Below the pieces are notes generated by a model. The model did not search any database. It saw only the letters and a program-made list of their open reading frames with translations, and was not told the origin of the DNA. A program made the position numbers and the translations under genes. Below, in pieces: positions 1 through 9,354 of a DNA stretch of 54,513 nt. Within the stretch, counting starts at the first letter, position 1; each line of letters starts with the position of its first letter. This DNA comes from a virus (taxonomy: Duplodnaviria > Caudoviricetes), in the IMG/VR virus record IMGVR_UViG_3300027741_000083, positions 1 through 54,513 of that record; one strand, written 5' to 3'.

Positions 1-135
1 AAAAGAAAATATAAAAAAAGCGTTATCTATTTTTTTGGAATGTAAAAAAAATAATGAGTGGACATCTTATCAAAAAAGTATGAAGGATATATCTATGCCA
101 TATTGGGCAGAAAATAAAGTAGGACAAATGGTAAC
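1..135. repeat. Terminal direct repeat, left copy (circular assembly overlap)
   Basis: 1-135 matches 54379-54513 except position 9 (A vs G); 10-135 is a perfect 126-nt match. Confidence 0.95.
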
Positions 136-170
136 AGAAAGTTTTTAATTAAATAAAAAAGGAGATAAAT

Positions 171-1022
171 ATGGAAATAATGAAGCAAGATCAAGTTACA
201 AACGAAAGTTTTTATTTACAGCAAAAAGCTGAATTAGACCAAAAGGTTAGTACAGCAAAGGCCTACCCCAGGAATTTATTAAAAGTTGTTGAAGAAGCAA
301 AGGCTATCGCAACAATGAGCGAAGAAATAGCAAAATCATGTTTTTATTGCAAGCCAATTGGTGGGAATAAAGAAGCAGAAGGCTGTAGTGTTCGGCTTGC
401 TGAAATTATAGCGGCAAGCTGGGGGAATACAAGGGGCGGTTTTAGGCAAATAAAAAATGATGGGAAACAAATAACAGTTGAGGCTGTTTTTTGGGATATG
501 GAAAAAAACAATGAATCTGTAACGCAAGTCAAAAAGTCTATTATTAAAACAACTGGAGAGCGTTATAGCTTAGATCAACAATCTGTAGTAGCTTCCGCCC
601 TTGGATCAATCGCCCTAAGAAATGCCATTTTTAAAGTAATTCCGAAGTCAATTATTGAAACTGTAGCTACAGCAGCAAAAGATTATTTAATTGAAAATCT
701 TAGGAATTCAAAGAAAAAAGCTAACGTAGGTGCTGGAGATTCATTTGATGAAAAAGTGCAAAAAGCAATAAAAGCTTTTTCTTCTTTTGGGGTATCAGAG
801 CAAGAGCTTTTAATTTGTATCGCAAAAGATTGTGTTGAAAATATAACACCAGAAGATGTTGTAGATTTGCAAGGGTTATATATGGCAATCAAAGAAAAAC
901 ATTTTTCGGTAGAAGAAGTTTTAGGGTATAAAGTTAATTTAAAAGAAAAAGTAAATAAAGCGAAATCAATACTTGAAACAATAGCAAATAAGAATAAACA
1001 AGAACAAAAAAAGGCTAAATAA
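171..1022 (+). CDS. Putative single-strand annealing/recombination protein
   Basis: Follows the RecE-like exonuclease across the circular junction; AKAYPR..SCFY..EGxSVRLAE..WGN motif seen in phage proteins at this position; GGAG RBS. Confidence 0.6.
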   Translation: MEIMKQDQVTNESFYLQQKAELDQKVSTAKAYPRNLLKVVEEAKAIATMSEEIAKSCFYCKPIGGNKEAEGCSVRLAEIIAASWGNTRGGFRQIKNDGKQITVEAVFWDMEKNNESVTQVKKSIIKTTGERYSLDQQSVVASALGSIALRNAIFKVIPKSIIETVATAAKDYLIENLRNSKKKANVGAGDSFDEKVQKAIKAFSSFGVSEQELLICIAKDCVENITPEDVVDLQGLYMAIKEKHFSVEEVLGYKVNLKEKVNKAKSILETIANKNKQEQKKAK

Positions 1023-1510
1023 TGAATGATATATTAAAATCAAGTAAACGAAAAGATTGGGAGACGCCGGAGTGGCTATTTAATCATTTTAATAAAATTT
1101 TTAATTTTGATTTAGATGTATGCGCTACAAAAGAAACTGCTAAGTGTTCAAAATATTATACACCCGAAGATGATGCTTTCAAAAAACCTTGGAATGGTAT
1201 GATCTGGATGAATCCACCGTATGGTAAAAATATTATAGAGCCTTGGTTAAAGAAGGCTCACGACGAAGCAATAGCTGGTAATTGCACAGTAGTTGCTTTG
1301 ATCCCAGCTAGAACTGATACGGCTTGGTTTCATGATTATTGTAGTAAATTTGGGATTATCTTTATTAGAAGGAGGGTTAGATTTGTTGGTGGCGCACATT
1401 GCGCTACCTTTCCTTCTTGTGTAGTTGTTTTTTCAAGATCATCTGGAACCTCTACTAAATTTGTAGATTACGGAATAGACGGATCAAAATTAGATAACAT
1501 ATCAAAATAA
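1022..1510 (+). CDS. Phage DNA N6-adenine methyltransferase (Dam-like)
   Basis: WETP, FDLDVCA, catalytic NPPY and LIPARTDTAWFH motifs. Confidence 0.92.
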   Translation: MNDILKSSKRKDWETPEWLFNHFNKIFNFDLDVCATKETAKCSKYYTPEDDAFKKPWNGMIWMNPPYGKNIIEPWLKKAHDEAIAGNCTVVALIPARTDTAWFHDYCSKFGIIFIRRRVRFVGGAHCATFPSCVVVFSRSSGTSTKFVDYGIDGSKLDNISK

Positions 1511-1600
1511 GTAAAAGAGGAAGAAAGATAAAAAAATAAAGAAATTATTTGCGCTTTTTAGAAAGCGTTGGTAAAAATCCGGTTAACGCCGACAGTATAT

Positions 1601-1691
1601 GGTCGGGGTAGCTTAATTGACAAAGCGCGTTATAGGCATAATTAACCTAAAAAATAACGAGAACGAGGTGCGAATCCTCCCCTGACCACCA
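1601..1691 (+). tRNA. Non-canonical tRNA-like RNA (8/4 fold, expanded anticodon arm, anticodon undetermined)
   Basis: GGTCGGGG/CCCTGACC acceptor stem plus ACCA; D stem GCTT/AAGC; T arm GAGG-TGCGAAT-CCTC; anticodon stem CGTTA/TAACG closes 22 nt. Confidence 0.65.
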
Positions 1692-1792
1692 ATTTACAAT
1701 TAAATAAAACATGGATCTGGCGCTGGTGATGGAGCTGGTGTAGGATATAAAATACAAATGTCTTTAGTCTGTTTATAATATAAGAGGCAAAC

Positions 1793-1987
1793 ATGAACAA
1801 ATATAACTCTAATAAAAAACTACCAAAAAATGGATCAGATTGTTTAATACAAGTATTAGACTGTGAAGATAAAATAGAGGAATTACCAGCAAAATATAAT
1901 AATGGTTTATTTATATGTTTGCGTTATATTTCTGCGCTTAGACCTTGTGATGTAATCGGCTGGAAAGAAATATCAGGAGCTATTTAA
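1793..1987 (+). CDS. Small phage protein, DUF551-like
   Basis: KLP....VxGW pattern; GAGG RBS. Confidence 0.5.
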   Translation: MNKYNSNKKLPKNGSDCLIQVLDCEDKIEELPAKYNNGLFICLRYISALRPCDVIGWKEISGAI

Positions 1988-2165
1988 TGAGTGAATTTAA
2001 AAAAGGCATTACGCCCTACTATTTTAAAAATTTAATAAAATAAATTAATGACATCAGGAAAGACTGACGGGATGCAAACGCCGAAACGGATAGACTGTTA
2101 TATGAGATGATAACTCCGCACAAAAGTAAGCGGAACATAAAAACAAAATAGATAGAGAAGAGCTA

Positions 2166-2693
2166 ATGAACGCCATATTATTAATTGTACTGATAATCTT
2201 CATGATGAGTTGTTTTGCGCTGATCACATCTTTTCTTGTATTAAATAAAGCTAAAAAAACAGAAGAAAAATATTTAAAACAATATAAAGATTTTATAAAT
2301 TTAGAAATAGAAAAAAATAAATTAACTAGATTAATTCCAACAGAATGCTTAAAAGAAATCTCAAAAGTTCTTGATCATGGCGCAAAAAAATATAGTCCGA
2401 ATGGTTGGAAAGAAAAAATTAATAGAGTTATTGAGCCGTTAGGAGAATATGAGCCTATTTTTTATTATGCAATGAAGTCAAAATCTCACGTCGCAAAATT
2501 TCAAACAAGCAAGTTTGATTTTTCGGATGAGAAAAAGCAAATAAAATATTGCCGAATAGAAGGCGACCCCAATGAAAAAGAATCCGGCTGTCATCACCTA
2601 GCCCATGCAATCGTAAATTTGATGTTTGCTTATTGGCATGATATTCAGGCAACGCAACGTTTAAAGTTTATTGGAAAAAATAATCAGAATTAA
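2166..2693 (+). CDS. dATP/dGTP diphosphohydrolase-like (DUF5664) protein with N-terminal membrane anchor
   Basis: LIP..VLDHGAKKYSPNGW and ESGCHHLAHAIVNLMF motifs; hydrophobic first 26 aa. Confidence 0.75.
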   Translation: MNAILLIVLIIFMMSCFALITSFLVLNKAKKTEEKYLKQYKDFINLEIEKNKLTRLIPTECLKEISKVLDHGAKKYSPNGWKEKINRVIEPLGEYEPIFYYAMKSKSHVAKFQTSKFDFSDEKKQIKYCRIEGDPNEKESGCHHLAHAIVNLMFAYWHDIQATQRLKFIGKNNQN

Positions 2694-2701
2694 ATAAAAA
2701 A

Positions 2702-2992
2702 ATGATGGATAGTCCTTTTATTCTAAATATATTTTTGATTTTATTTAATAGTATAGTTATATTTTTTGTTTTATTTTCTAGGAAAATTATAAAAGAAAAT
2801 AAAAAGTTAAAGCACGTTATTAATTTCCAAGATAAAACAATTAAATTTTATGAGACTGTTTACGTAGATAATATGATTTATTGCTATATTTGTTGTAAAA
2901 AGATAAATCAAGCCGCAATGAAGGCAGAAGGGAAAAATGTTATTGACATAAAATATGCTAAAACGTTGAATAATATTAAAAAAGAGAGGTAG
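2702..2992 (+). CDS. Hypothetical membrane-anchored protein
   Basis: N-terminal hydrophobic helix; follows the previous gene closely. Confidence 0.55.
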   Translation: MMDSPFILNIFLILFNSIVIFFVLFSRKIIKENKKLKHVINFQDKTIKFYETVYVDNMIYCYICCKKINQAAMKAEGKNVIDIKYAKTLNNIKKER

Positions 2993-3341
2993 TAATGCGT
3001 ATATTTATTTTAATATTTTTTTAATCTATTTATCAGCGAGGATATTCTGTTTAGAAGTTTTGAAGAATGTAAAGAAGCAGCAATAAATAGGCTCGGGAAT
3101 TTATTAAAACAAGTAGACTATGAATTAGCTCAGACATTAAGAAAATTAGCAGCTTTAAAATTACAAAATAATGGAGGCAATTAAAATGGAAGATAGATGG
3201 GATCGTATTAATGATTCAGAACAATATGAAGATATGTTATATAAATCTAAAGATAATAAAGATCCAGATGATCAAAGAGAGTATCAGTTATCGCAAGAGT
3301 AAGAATATTATTAAAAAATAGGTAACCCTGATTTTAGATAA

Positions 3342-3370
3342 GCCTCTACAATATAAACTATTGTAGAGGC
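3342..3370. terminator. Hairpin between convergent transcription units
   Basis: 12-bp perfect inverted repeat GCCTCTACAATA/TATTGTAGAGGC. Confidence 0.65.
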
Positions 3371-3403
3371 AGATAACACAATAAATATTTCTTCTTGCAT
3401 ATG

Positions 3404-3874
3404 TTATCTAAAGAAATTTAAGACTTGACATCCTTCTAGAACTCCTTCTGGCTGATTAGTTAAATCATAAGGGGGTTTACATGTAGAAGTCTCTGTAATT
3501 CTATAGCCCCTAGTGTCCCAATTTGCTGTCATAATTATAGTTTTTTGTTCAACTGATGTTGATACAAAATTACTACGATAATAAGCCGCCATTGTTTTTG
3601 TAGCTGGTCTTTCTTCTAATTTATAAAGCGTATAGATCCCTTCTGTTAATTCTTTTGAAGATCCTGGCTGCGGCAAAGAAGTCATTAATGTTTGGCTTTC
3701 GCAAAACATTATCATTTGGTAAGGAGAGCCGGGAGGTGAATTTGGTTTTTTTTCACACTTAATATGTGATTTTGGATAAAAAAACTGACCGTCTGGATTT
3801 GGAATATATTGTGCCGAACAAGAAGATGTTATCAATCCTGACAATGCTATAGTTAATAAAGCCTTTAATTTCAT
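3404..3874 (-). CDS. Exported protein/lipoprotein (moron-like)
   Basis: Signal peptide MKLKALLTIALSGLITSSC; GGAG RBS. Confidence 0.65.
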   Translation of the reverse strand: MKLKALLTIALSGLITSSCSAQYIPNPDGQFFYPKSHIKCEKKPNSPPGSPYQMIMFCESQTLMTSLPQPGSSKELTEGIYTLYKLEERPATKTMAAYYRSNFVSTSVEQKTIIMTANWDTRGYRITETSTCKPPYDLTNQPEGVLEGCQVLNFFR

Positions 3875-3979
3875 TTTAAACTCTCCGTTTTTGGTTAATT
3901 AAGAGAGTTTATTGTATAGTTCAAATATTAAGGTTTTATTAAAAAGTAAAGTATTTTTTTAGCGTAATTGATATTTTTT

Positions 3980-4636
3980 CTATAAATTTAAAGTTATTTC
4001 TTTTAATTCTTTTAATTCTGTACAATTATTAATTTCTTTTATTTTAATTTCTAAAGATTTAGATAATTTATATTTTTTATTTTCTAAAAAACTTAAGAAA
4101 TCAATAAATTCTTTTGCGTTTTCTTTAGTAAAAGTTAGATCGTATCCAGATTTACTGGTAAATTTAAAATTTTCTGGAAATTGTTTTGAGATATAAAAAA
4201 CAAGAAAATCATTTGTATTATAAAAAAAAGAATATTGTTCGCCTTTCCACTCAAAACCTTTTTCTATTTCTTGCTCAAAAATATCATTAATTGAATTTAT
4301 TACTAATTGCTTTTCTTGTTCTAATGTTTTTTCTGGGTTTTTAATTCTGTGCTGATAAACAGAAGCCCTAGAAATATAATAGTCTCCTTTTTCCCACTTA
4401 ATCGGAAAATCAGAATTATCTTTTTTTTGGTTAAGTGAAACAAAATTGCCAAATTGATTTTCACCGTCATTAACAATGTGCCTTTTACCTTGTATATATT
4501 GTCTCCAAACCCAAGGGCTAGGCAAATTATAACTAGGCTCCCATTTTTGAAATAAATTTAAAGGAATATTTTGAACAGTTATATTTTTTTCTTTATTTTC
4601 TATAGTAATCCAATTATCAGGGTGATGAAAAAACAT
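3980..4636 (-). CDS. Tail-fibre-associated protein (DUF4376-like C-terminus)
   Basis: Directly after the tail fibre gene; GFEWKG and C-terminal INNCTELKEL pattern. Confidence 0.6.
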   Translation of the reverse strand: MFFHHPDNWITIENKEKNITVQNIPLNLFQKWEPSYNLPSPWVWRQYIQGKRHIVNDGENQFGNFVSLNQKKDNSDFPIKWEKGDYYISRASVYQHRIKNPEKTLEQEKQLVINSINDIFEQEIEKGFEWKGEQYSFFYNTNDFLVFYISKQFPENFKFTSKSGYDLTFTKENAKEFIDFLSFLENKKYKLSKSLEIKIKEINNCTELKELKEITLNL

Positions 4637-4649
4637 AATTATCCTCTAC

Positions 4650-5891
4650 TTAAAATTTTAAAATTGGTAACTCAACGACAAACGGGTTTCTGATGCTGAA
4701 AGGTTGGCCGCCCCCTTCTACTTGAACTGAAGGACCTAATGCTTGAAGCCTGCCTGATCCACCTCCGGGGTTATTAAGTGTCCCTGAAGGTGGAGAATAA
4801 ACTGTAATTGGGTTTCCATTTAATTGATATAAATGGTCGTGAGTAGCTAAAGAAGTTTTAGGTTGTGTATATTGTTCAGCACCTCCAAATTCGCCAATTT
4901 CGTAAATAGTTAAGCCGGGAGGAGCTGAACCTACTCCTCCTCCAATTGCTGATCTAGATAGGTAATTCGGTAAAACAAAACGATTTGATGTTGAGGCCGT
5001 TCCCCATAATCCATTTTGCCCTCCATATAATGCAGATAAAGCAGGATATGAAGCAGTTAGCTGCTCAGAGCCGTCTGGAACAATAAATCCAGCCGGAATA
5101 TTAGCTAGCAACCCTGTAAAACCTATTTTCATCCCGGGAGTGAAAGGGCTTGAAGCAGGAATAATAGAAAAAAACAATACAGTATCTGATAAGGCAATCC
5201 CTACTTGAACAGCATTAAGCCCTGGTTTTAAATTAGTAATCGCTCCAGGAGTTGTAATAGATAAATAATAAAGATCTCCTTTTGATAATCCAGAAAATAA
5301 AGCGCAATTACCAAACTGAATAACACGGCCATTTGTTAAATCTGCTATTCCTATGGCATTTTGAGCAAAAGCACCGTTAGCCAAAGCTTGATTATATGTA
5401 TTTGAAGAAGGGTTCCAATAAACAATATCCCCTTTATTTACATTCTCGTCAAACACAGCTGCAGCTTGAGAAACAGAATTACTTGTACCGTCATCTAAAG
5501 TCCAAAATTTATTGTTAATTGCTGGATCTGTATTAGTTTCTGCTAATGTTTTGAAAGGTAAGATTAATCCATCTCGCAGTTGTAATGCTTTTGACCATTT
5601 TGGATATAGATACGGAAGAGAATCAATAGTTTGGCTTGGATCAATAAAATTAGGCGTACCCCATACTTGATATTGTTTCAATATTTCTGTGATATAATTG
5701 TATAATTGATTCGTTTGAGGCCTTGGTATTGCTTTTGCAGGAGAACCAGAGATAAGATCTAATTCATAATCTGGGGTAAAGCCTTGGTTAAAACTGATAT
5801 CTCCATTGGGTTGTTCTGAATCAGGTATAGGTACTAAATCAGCTCCGCTACCAGAGGCAAAAGGAGTATTAATAAATTTATATGGGTACAT
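4650..5891 (-). CDS. Tail fibre protein with C-terminal tail-collar domain
   Basis: PFA..G..IP..GFTPDYE N-terminus; collar motif IPAGFIVPDGS..YPAL..LPNY; follows baseplate genes. Confidence 0.85.
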   Translation of the reverse strand: MYPYKFINTPFASGSGADLVPIPDSEQPNGDISFNQGFTPDYELDLISGSPAKAIPRPQTNQLYNYITEILKQYQVWGTPNFIDPSQTIDSLPYLYPKWSKALQLRDGLILPFKTLAETNTDPAINNKFWTLDDGTSNSVSQAAAVFDENVNKGDIVYWNPSSNTYNQALANGAFAQNAIGIADLTNGRVIQFGNCALFSGLSKGDLYYLSITTPGAITNLKPGLNAVQVGIALSDTVLFFSIIPASSPFTPGMKIGFTGLLANIPAGFIVPDGSEQLTASYPALSALYGGQNGLWGTASTSNRFVLPNYLSRSAIGGGVGSAPPGLTIYEIGEFGGAEQYTQPKTSLATHDHLYQLNGNPITVYSPPSGTLNNPGGGSGRLQALGPSVQVEGGGQPFSIRNPFVVELPILKF

Positions 5892-5910
5892 TGTTGGACT
5901 CTTATTTTTT

Positions 5911-6291
5911 TTAAACTAAAGATACTAGTCCCAGTATACAGCATAAAGGGCTAATAATATTCAAGTAGTAACATAATTTACTATAAATATTTTTTCCATT
6001 AAAATATTCATCTTTATTTTCAATATAATATTGATAAGCATTTTTTTCCCCTTGTAAACAAGATAATTCCCGGCAATAAAAATTTAAAAAATTTAAAATA
6101 ATTGAAGCTAAGAATAAAAACAATGAATATTTTTGTTGAATTCCTATTGAAACAATAAAACCCATTGCACAAAAAATAATAATAGAAATTTGTCTATATT
6201 TTTCGTTAATTGCTATATTTTTATTTGCAATTTTAATATATTCATTATATTTATTATAAGATTCTAATCTTTCTTGTTCTTTATTTTCCAT
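5911..6291 (-). CDS. Hypothetical membrane protein inserted in the tail module
   Basis: About 3 hydrophobic segments; GAGG RBS; very AT-rich. Confidence 0.6.
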   Translation of the reverse strand: MENKEQERLESYNKYNEYIKIANKNIAINEKYRQISIIIFCAMGFIVSIGIQQKYSLFLFLASIILNFLNFYCRELSCLQGEKNAYQYYIENKDEYFNGKNIYSKLCYYLNIISPLCCILGLVSLV

Positions 6292-6306
6292 TTCGCCTCT
6301 CTTTTT

Positions 6307-6939
6307 TTATAAAATAGTTATAAATAACTTTACCCCTACAGGCCTAGGAATTAAATTATATAATGCTTCATTATAAACTTGTAATATTCTTATTAATTTA
6401 TCGCCTGGGTCTTCTGTAAAAAATAAAGTCAAAGTCATATCTTTATTGTCTACTAAATACATTTGTCCTGGATATCCCGCTTCAGGATAAACTTTTAAAA
6501 AAAATTGATTTGCATCAGGAATAGTTCCACGTGAAACAAAAGAAAAATAACGTAATCTTAATATAAATCTCTTTTCTTCTGTAGATAAATTAAAACCTTG
6601 TCCTGTTGTTGTAAAATTTCCATGATTAAAGTTTTGATTGTTACTAATAGGGGCGGCCGGAGGATTTATATCAAAACCCCATAATTTTTTTTCTGGGCTA
6701 TCTGGTTCATTCCCCATTGAAAGAGGTAAATTTAATATAATAGACCAAACATCTAACCCAAAATCATTTGCTGTTAGCAAGTTAAATACATTGTTATACC
6801 AGTCTCTATATGTTTGCGTTATGATATCTTCATACCATTTATTTTTACTTTTAATTAATCCACCAAGAGCTTTAGTTTGGTCATATTGCCATATTAAAAC
6901 TCCAGGTAAAATATTTATTTTAGGGTTAAATGGGTACAT
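6307..6939 (-). CDS. Baseplate wedge protein (DUF2612-like)
   Basis: WQYD, TANDFGLDVWSIIL, DNKDMT and LIPRPVGV motifs. Confidence 0.85.
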   Translation of the reverse strand: MYPFNPKINILPGVLIWQYDQTKALGGLIKSKNKWYEDIITQTYRDWYNNVFNLLTANDFGLDVWSIILNLPLSMGNEPDSPEKKLWGFDINPPAAPISNNQNFNHGNFTTTGQGFNLSTEEKRFILRLRYFSFVSRGTIPDANQFFLKVYPEAGYPGQMYLVDNKDMTLTLFFTEDPGDKLIRILQVYNEALYNLIPRPVGVKLFITIL

Positions 6940-6949
6940 TATTAATTAT

Positions 6950-8209
6950 TTATGAAGTTTGTATTAGTGTTATAGATGACGGCTGGGTTTTAGCGATTTC
7001 AAAAGGTTTAATAAATATCAAATCGCTTGAAAAAGAAGGAGACCCACTTGCTACTGCGCATTGTAATGATTTTATATTTATTCCTGGAATTTGTCCTAAA
7101 ACTGCGCCTGAAATATCAAAACTTGAAACGCTTGTGCCAACAATAAAACCAGGTTGATTTTGATAAAGTCCATTTGCGTAATTAATAATAGCATCTTGTA
7201 TTTGTTTTAAAGGTGAGGTGATTGTTGAGTTAATTTGTATTACAACCTGAATTAATATTTGCACAATATTAGGTGTATCGAATAAAACTGTTTGAATTTG
7301 TCCGCTTGCAGGATCTGTCACATCAATAGAGCGAGGACTATCAGAGAAACCATTATTATAATTACAGCCTCCAGATTTACTTGCGTAAATTGCTTTTGCA
7401 ACAGAAAGTAGCCAATCGTTATCATCGTTTTTACCATTTATTGAATTAACACACATATAAATTGAATTCTTAGCAATTGTTATACTTGAAGAATCAGGGA
7501 AAGTAATAACAAGAGGTTCACTTTTTGGATTTTCATAAAAATAAGGAGGTGCTTGAACTTCAGGAACAGAAGATACAGCTGCAATCATATTTTGTGCCAA
7601 TGTAGATCCTTGAACCCCTAATATTGTATTTCTATAAATTCTTGCTTGTTGATCTGTTTGAGAGGGAGACCCAACAAGAAACGGCGCTGCGCTATTATTT
7701 ACAGATTCTAAGCCAACATAAGGCATTACGATTTGATTAACAGTATCTGGGTTTGCATTTATCTGTCCGGAATTAACAGCTACAAAAACAACAACAGCTT
7801 CACCCTCACTATCAAAAGTAAAAGAATTTGGATTTACAAATAGTTGAAAAGTTTCGTTTGACTGTATTTGAATTCCAGCTGGTATGGTAGTTAGCGGTAT
7901 ACCTATACATTGGATTTCAATCATAGTATTAGATGCGCCGATTCTTTGCCCACCAAGCAATGAAATTATAGCATCTAAAAAAACGCCTTCTGCAATATTT
8001 GGGTTTAATTGATTTAAAGCACTAGCAACTAATTCTCCGCAAGAGTTTCTTGCTGTTGTTTCAGCAGAGATTAATACGCCCTGCGGAGATTCTGGTGTAG
8101 TAACCAAATTCTCACCAAATGCTTGTTTATATTCAGACTTAACTTCTGCAAGAGTTTGCTCTGAGTCAAATAAGACAATTCCGCTTGGTGTTAAATAATT
8201 AAAACTCAT
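6950..8209 (-). CDS. Baseplate J-like protein
   Basis: SPQGVLI, NPNIAEGVFLDAI motifs; size and gene order. Confidence 0.88.
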   Translation of the reverse strand: MSFNYLTPSGIVLFDSEQTLAEVKSEYKQAFGENLVTTPESPQGVLISAETTARNSCGELVASALNQLNPNIAEGVFLDAIISLLGGQRIGASNTMIEIQCIGIPLTTIPAGIQIQSNETFQLFVNPNSFTFDSEGEAVVVFVAVNSGQINANPDTVNQIVMPYVGLESVNNSAAPFLVGSPSQTDQQARIYRNTILGVQGSTLAQNMIAAVSSVPEVQAPPYFYENPKSEPLVITFPDSSSITIAKNSIYMCVNSINGKNDDNDWLLSVAKAIYASKSGGCNYNNGFSDSPRSIDVTDPASGQIQTVLFDTPNIVQILIQVVIQINSTITSPLKQIQDAIINYANGLYQNQPGFIVGTSVSSFDISGAVLGQIPGINIKSLQCAVASGSPSFSSDLIFIKPFEIAKTQPSSITLIQTS

Positions 8210-8217
8210 AATTTACC

Positions 8218-8610
8218 TTAGATTGTGATCAAGTCATTAAATGATTGAGGACCATATATAGTTCTTATTTTAGCATAATAAGTTAATTGTCCTTCTAAAA
8301 AAGAAACATTAATAGAAACTACTTCTTGTACGCCTGTTATTGTTATAAATATTCTTCTTAAAAAATATCTAAATTGATTTATATTGGGACTTCCAGAAAA
8401 AACACTATCATCAAAAGGTATGCCACGGTTTACAGAATACTTTAATTCACCAATTTTAGTTTGTGCAGCATTCCTGCATAATTGTGATACAGCGTTATTA
8501 TCTAGTCCAATAGCAATATTTCCAAATTCATCAAGATATAGATCATTCCCTTGGGATTCTCTTTGTGAATTTAAACTATTTTGTGTTGTTAAGAAGCTGA
8601 TTACTGTCAT
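8218..8610 (-). CDS. Baseplate wedge/sheath initiator (gp25/gp46-like)
   Basis: NDLYLD..GNI, GE....RGIPF and IRTIYG motifs; gene order. Confidence 0.78.
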   Translation of the reverse strand: MTVISFLTTQNSLNSQRESQGNDLYLDEFGNIAIGLDNNAVSQLCRNAAQTKIGELKYSVNRGIPFDDSVFSGSPNINQFRYFLRRIFITITGVQEVVSINVSFLEGQLTYYAKIRTIYGPQSFNDLITI

Positions 8611-8619
8611 TTTTTATAA

Positions 8620-9354
8620 TTAAACTACGCCCGGTGTTATAGTCCCGGTTGCTGTTATATTCCCCGTTACTGCCAAAACTGGCGTTACCATAGATACGTT
8701 ACCTGTAGAGCTAATTGTCGTTTCTCCCCCCGAATTTACTGTTACAGCCCCTGCAGTTATACTTGCGGATCCGCTTATAGATGCGATTAAACTTGCTGCA
8801 TTTAAAGTCGTGTTTCCGACAGAAATAATATTAATATTTTGAGCGTTTATTGTTATCGTATTTTGACTTAATGTTAATTTTGTTGATCCGTCTATTGATT
8901 GTATAACAAGATTTTCCTGATCACCACTAGATATTGTATAATTATTTAATGGAGCTGGTCTAAAAACACCAAAGGCAAATTGTTTAAATATTTCAGATGC
9001 TGGCCTTGCTTGTTGCCCATTAATCAAGTAATTTGTTGGATCCCTATCGCCAGCTATAATATACCCAAGATCCCCTATTTTTAAAGGAAAGTTAATAATA
9101 AACCCACCGCCACCGGGCTGGTCTACTGGCAAATTCAAGATTGGGTTTCTAGGGATTGTTCTATTTTGTTGATCTATTAACGTAATAGCAGGCCTAACAT
9201 TTACTCTATTTGTTGACCTATTATAAGACATAACAATGGCAGGTATCATTCCATCTGTGTTTTGCCTTTCTTTTTTTAAAATCTCTTTAAACGAACCTGT
9301 TAATGAATCAAGATTAGTAGGGTTAACAGTAGTATTATTTCCGCTAAAACTCAT
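8620..9354 (-). CDS. Baseplate central spike (Gp138 family)
   Basis: IPAIVMSY, PGGGGFIINFPLKIGDLG..DRD OB-fold motif, beta-repeat C-terminus. Confidence 0.85.
   Translation of the reverse strand: MSFSGNNTTVNPTNLDSLTGSFKEILKKERQNTDGMIPAIVMSYNRSTNRVNVRPAITLIDQQNRTIPRNPILNLPVDQPGGGGFIINFPLKIGDLGYIIAGDRDPTNYLINGQQARPASEIFKQFAFGVFRPAPLNNYTISSGDQENLVIQSIDGSTKLTLSQNTITINAQNINIISVGNTTLNAASLIASISGSASITAGAVTVNSGGETTISSTGNVSMVTPVLAVTGNITATGTITPGVV

Noticed and set aside
2073-2100. c-di-GMP-I riboswitch (GCAAAC..GAAA)
   Set aside because: Lacks the downstream GACGCAAAG and second-stem consensus.
2166-2693. Z-genome (2-aminoadenine) pathway
   Set aside because: No PurZ, DatZ or phage DNA polymerase recognised.
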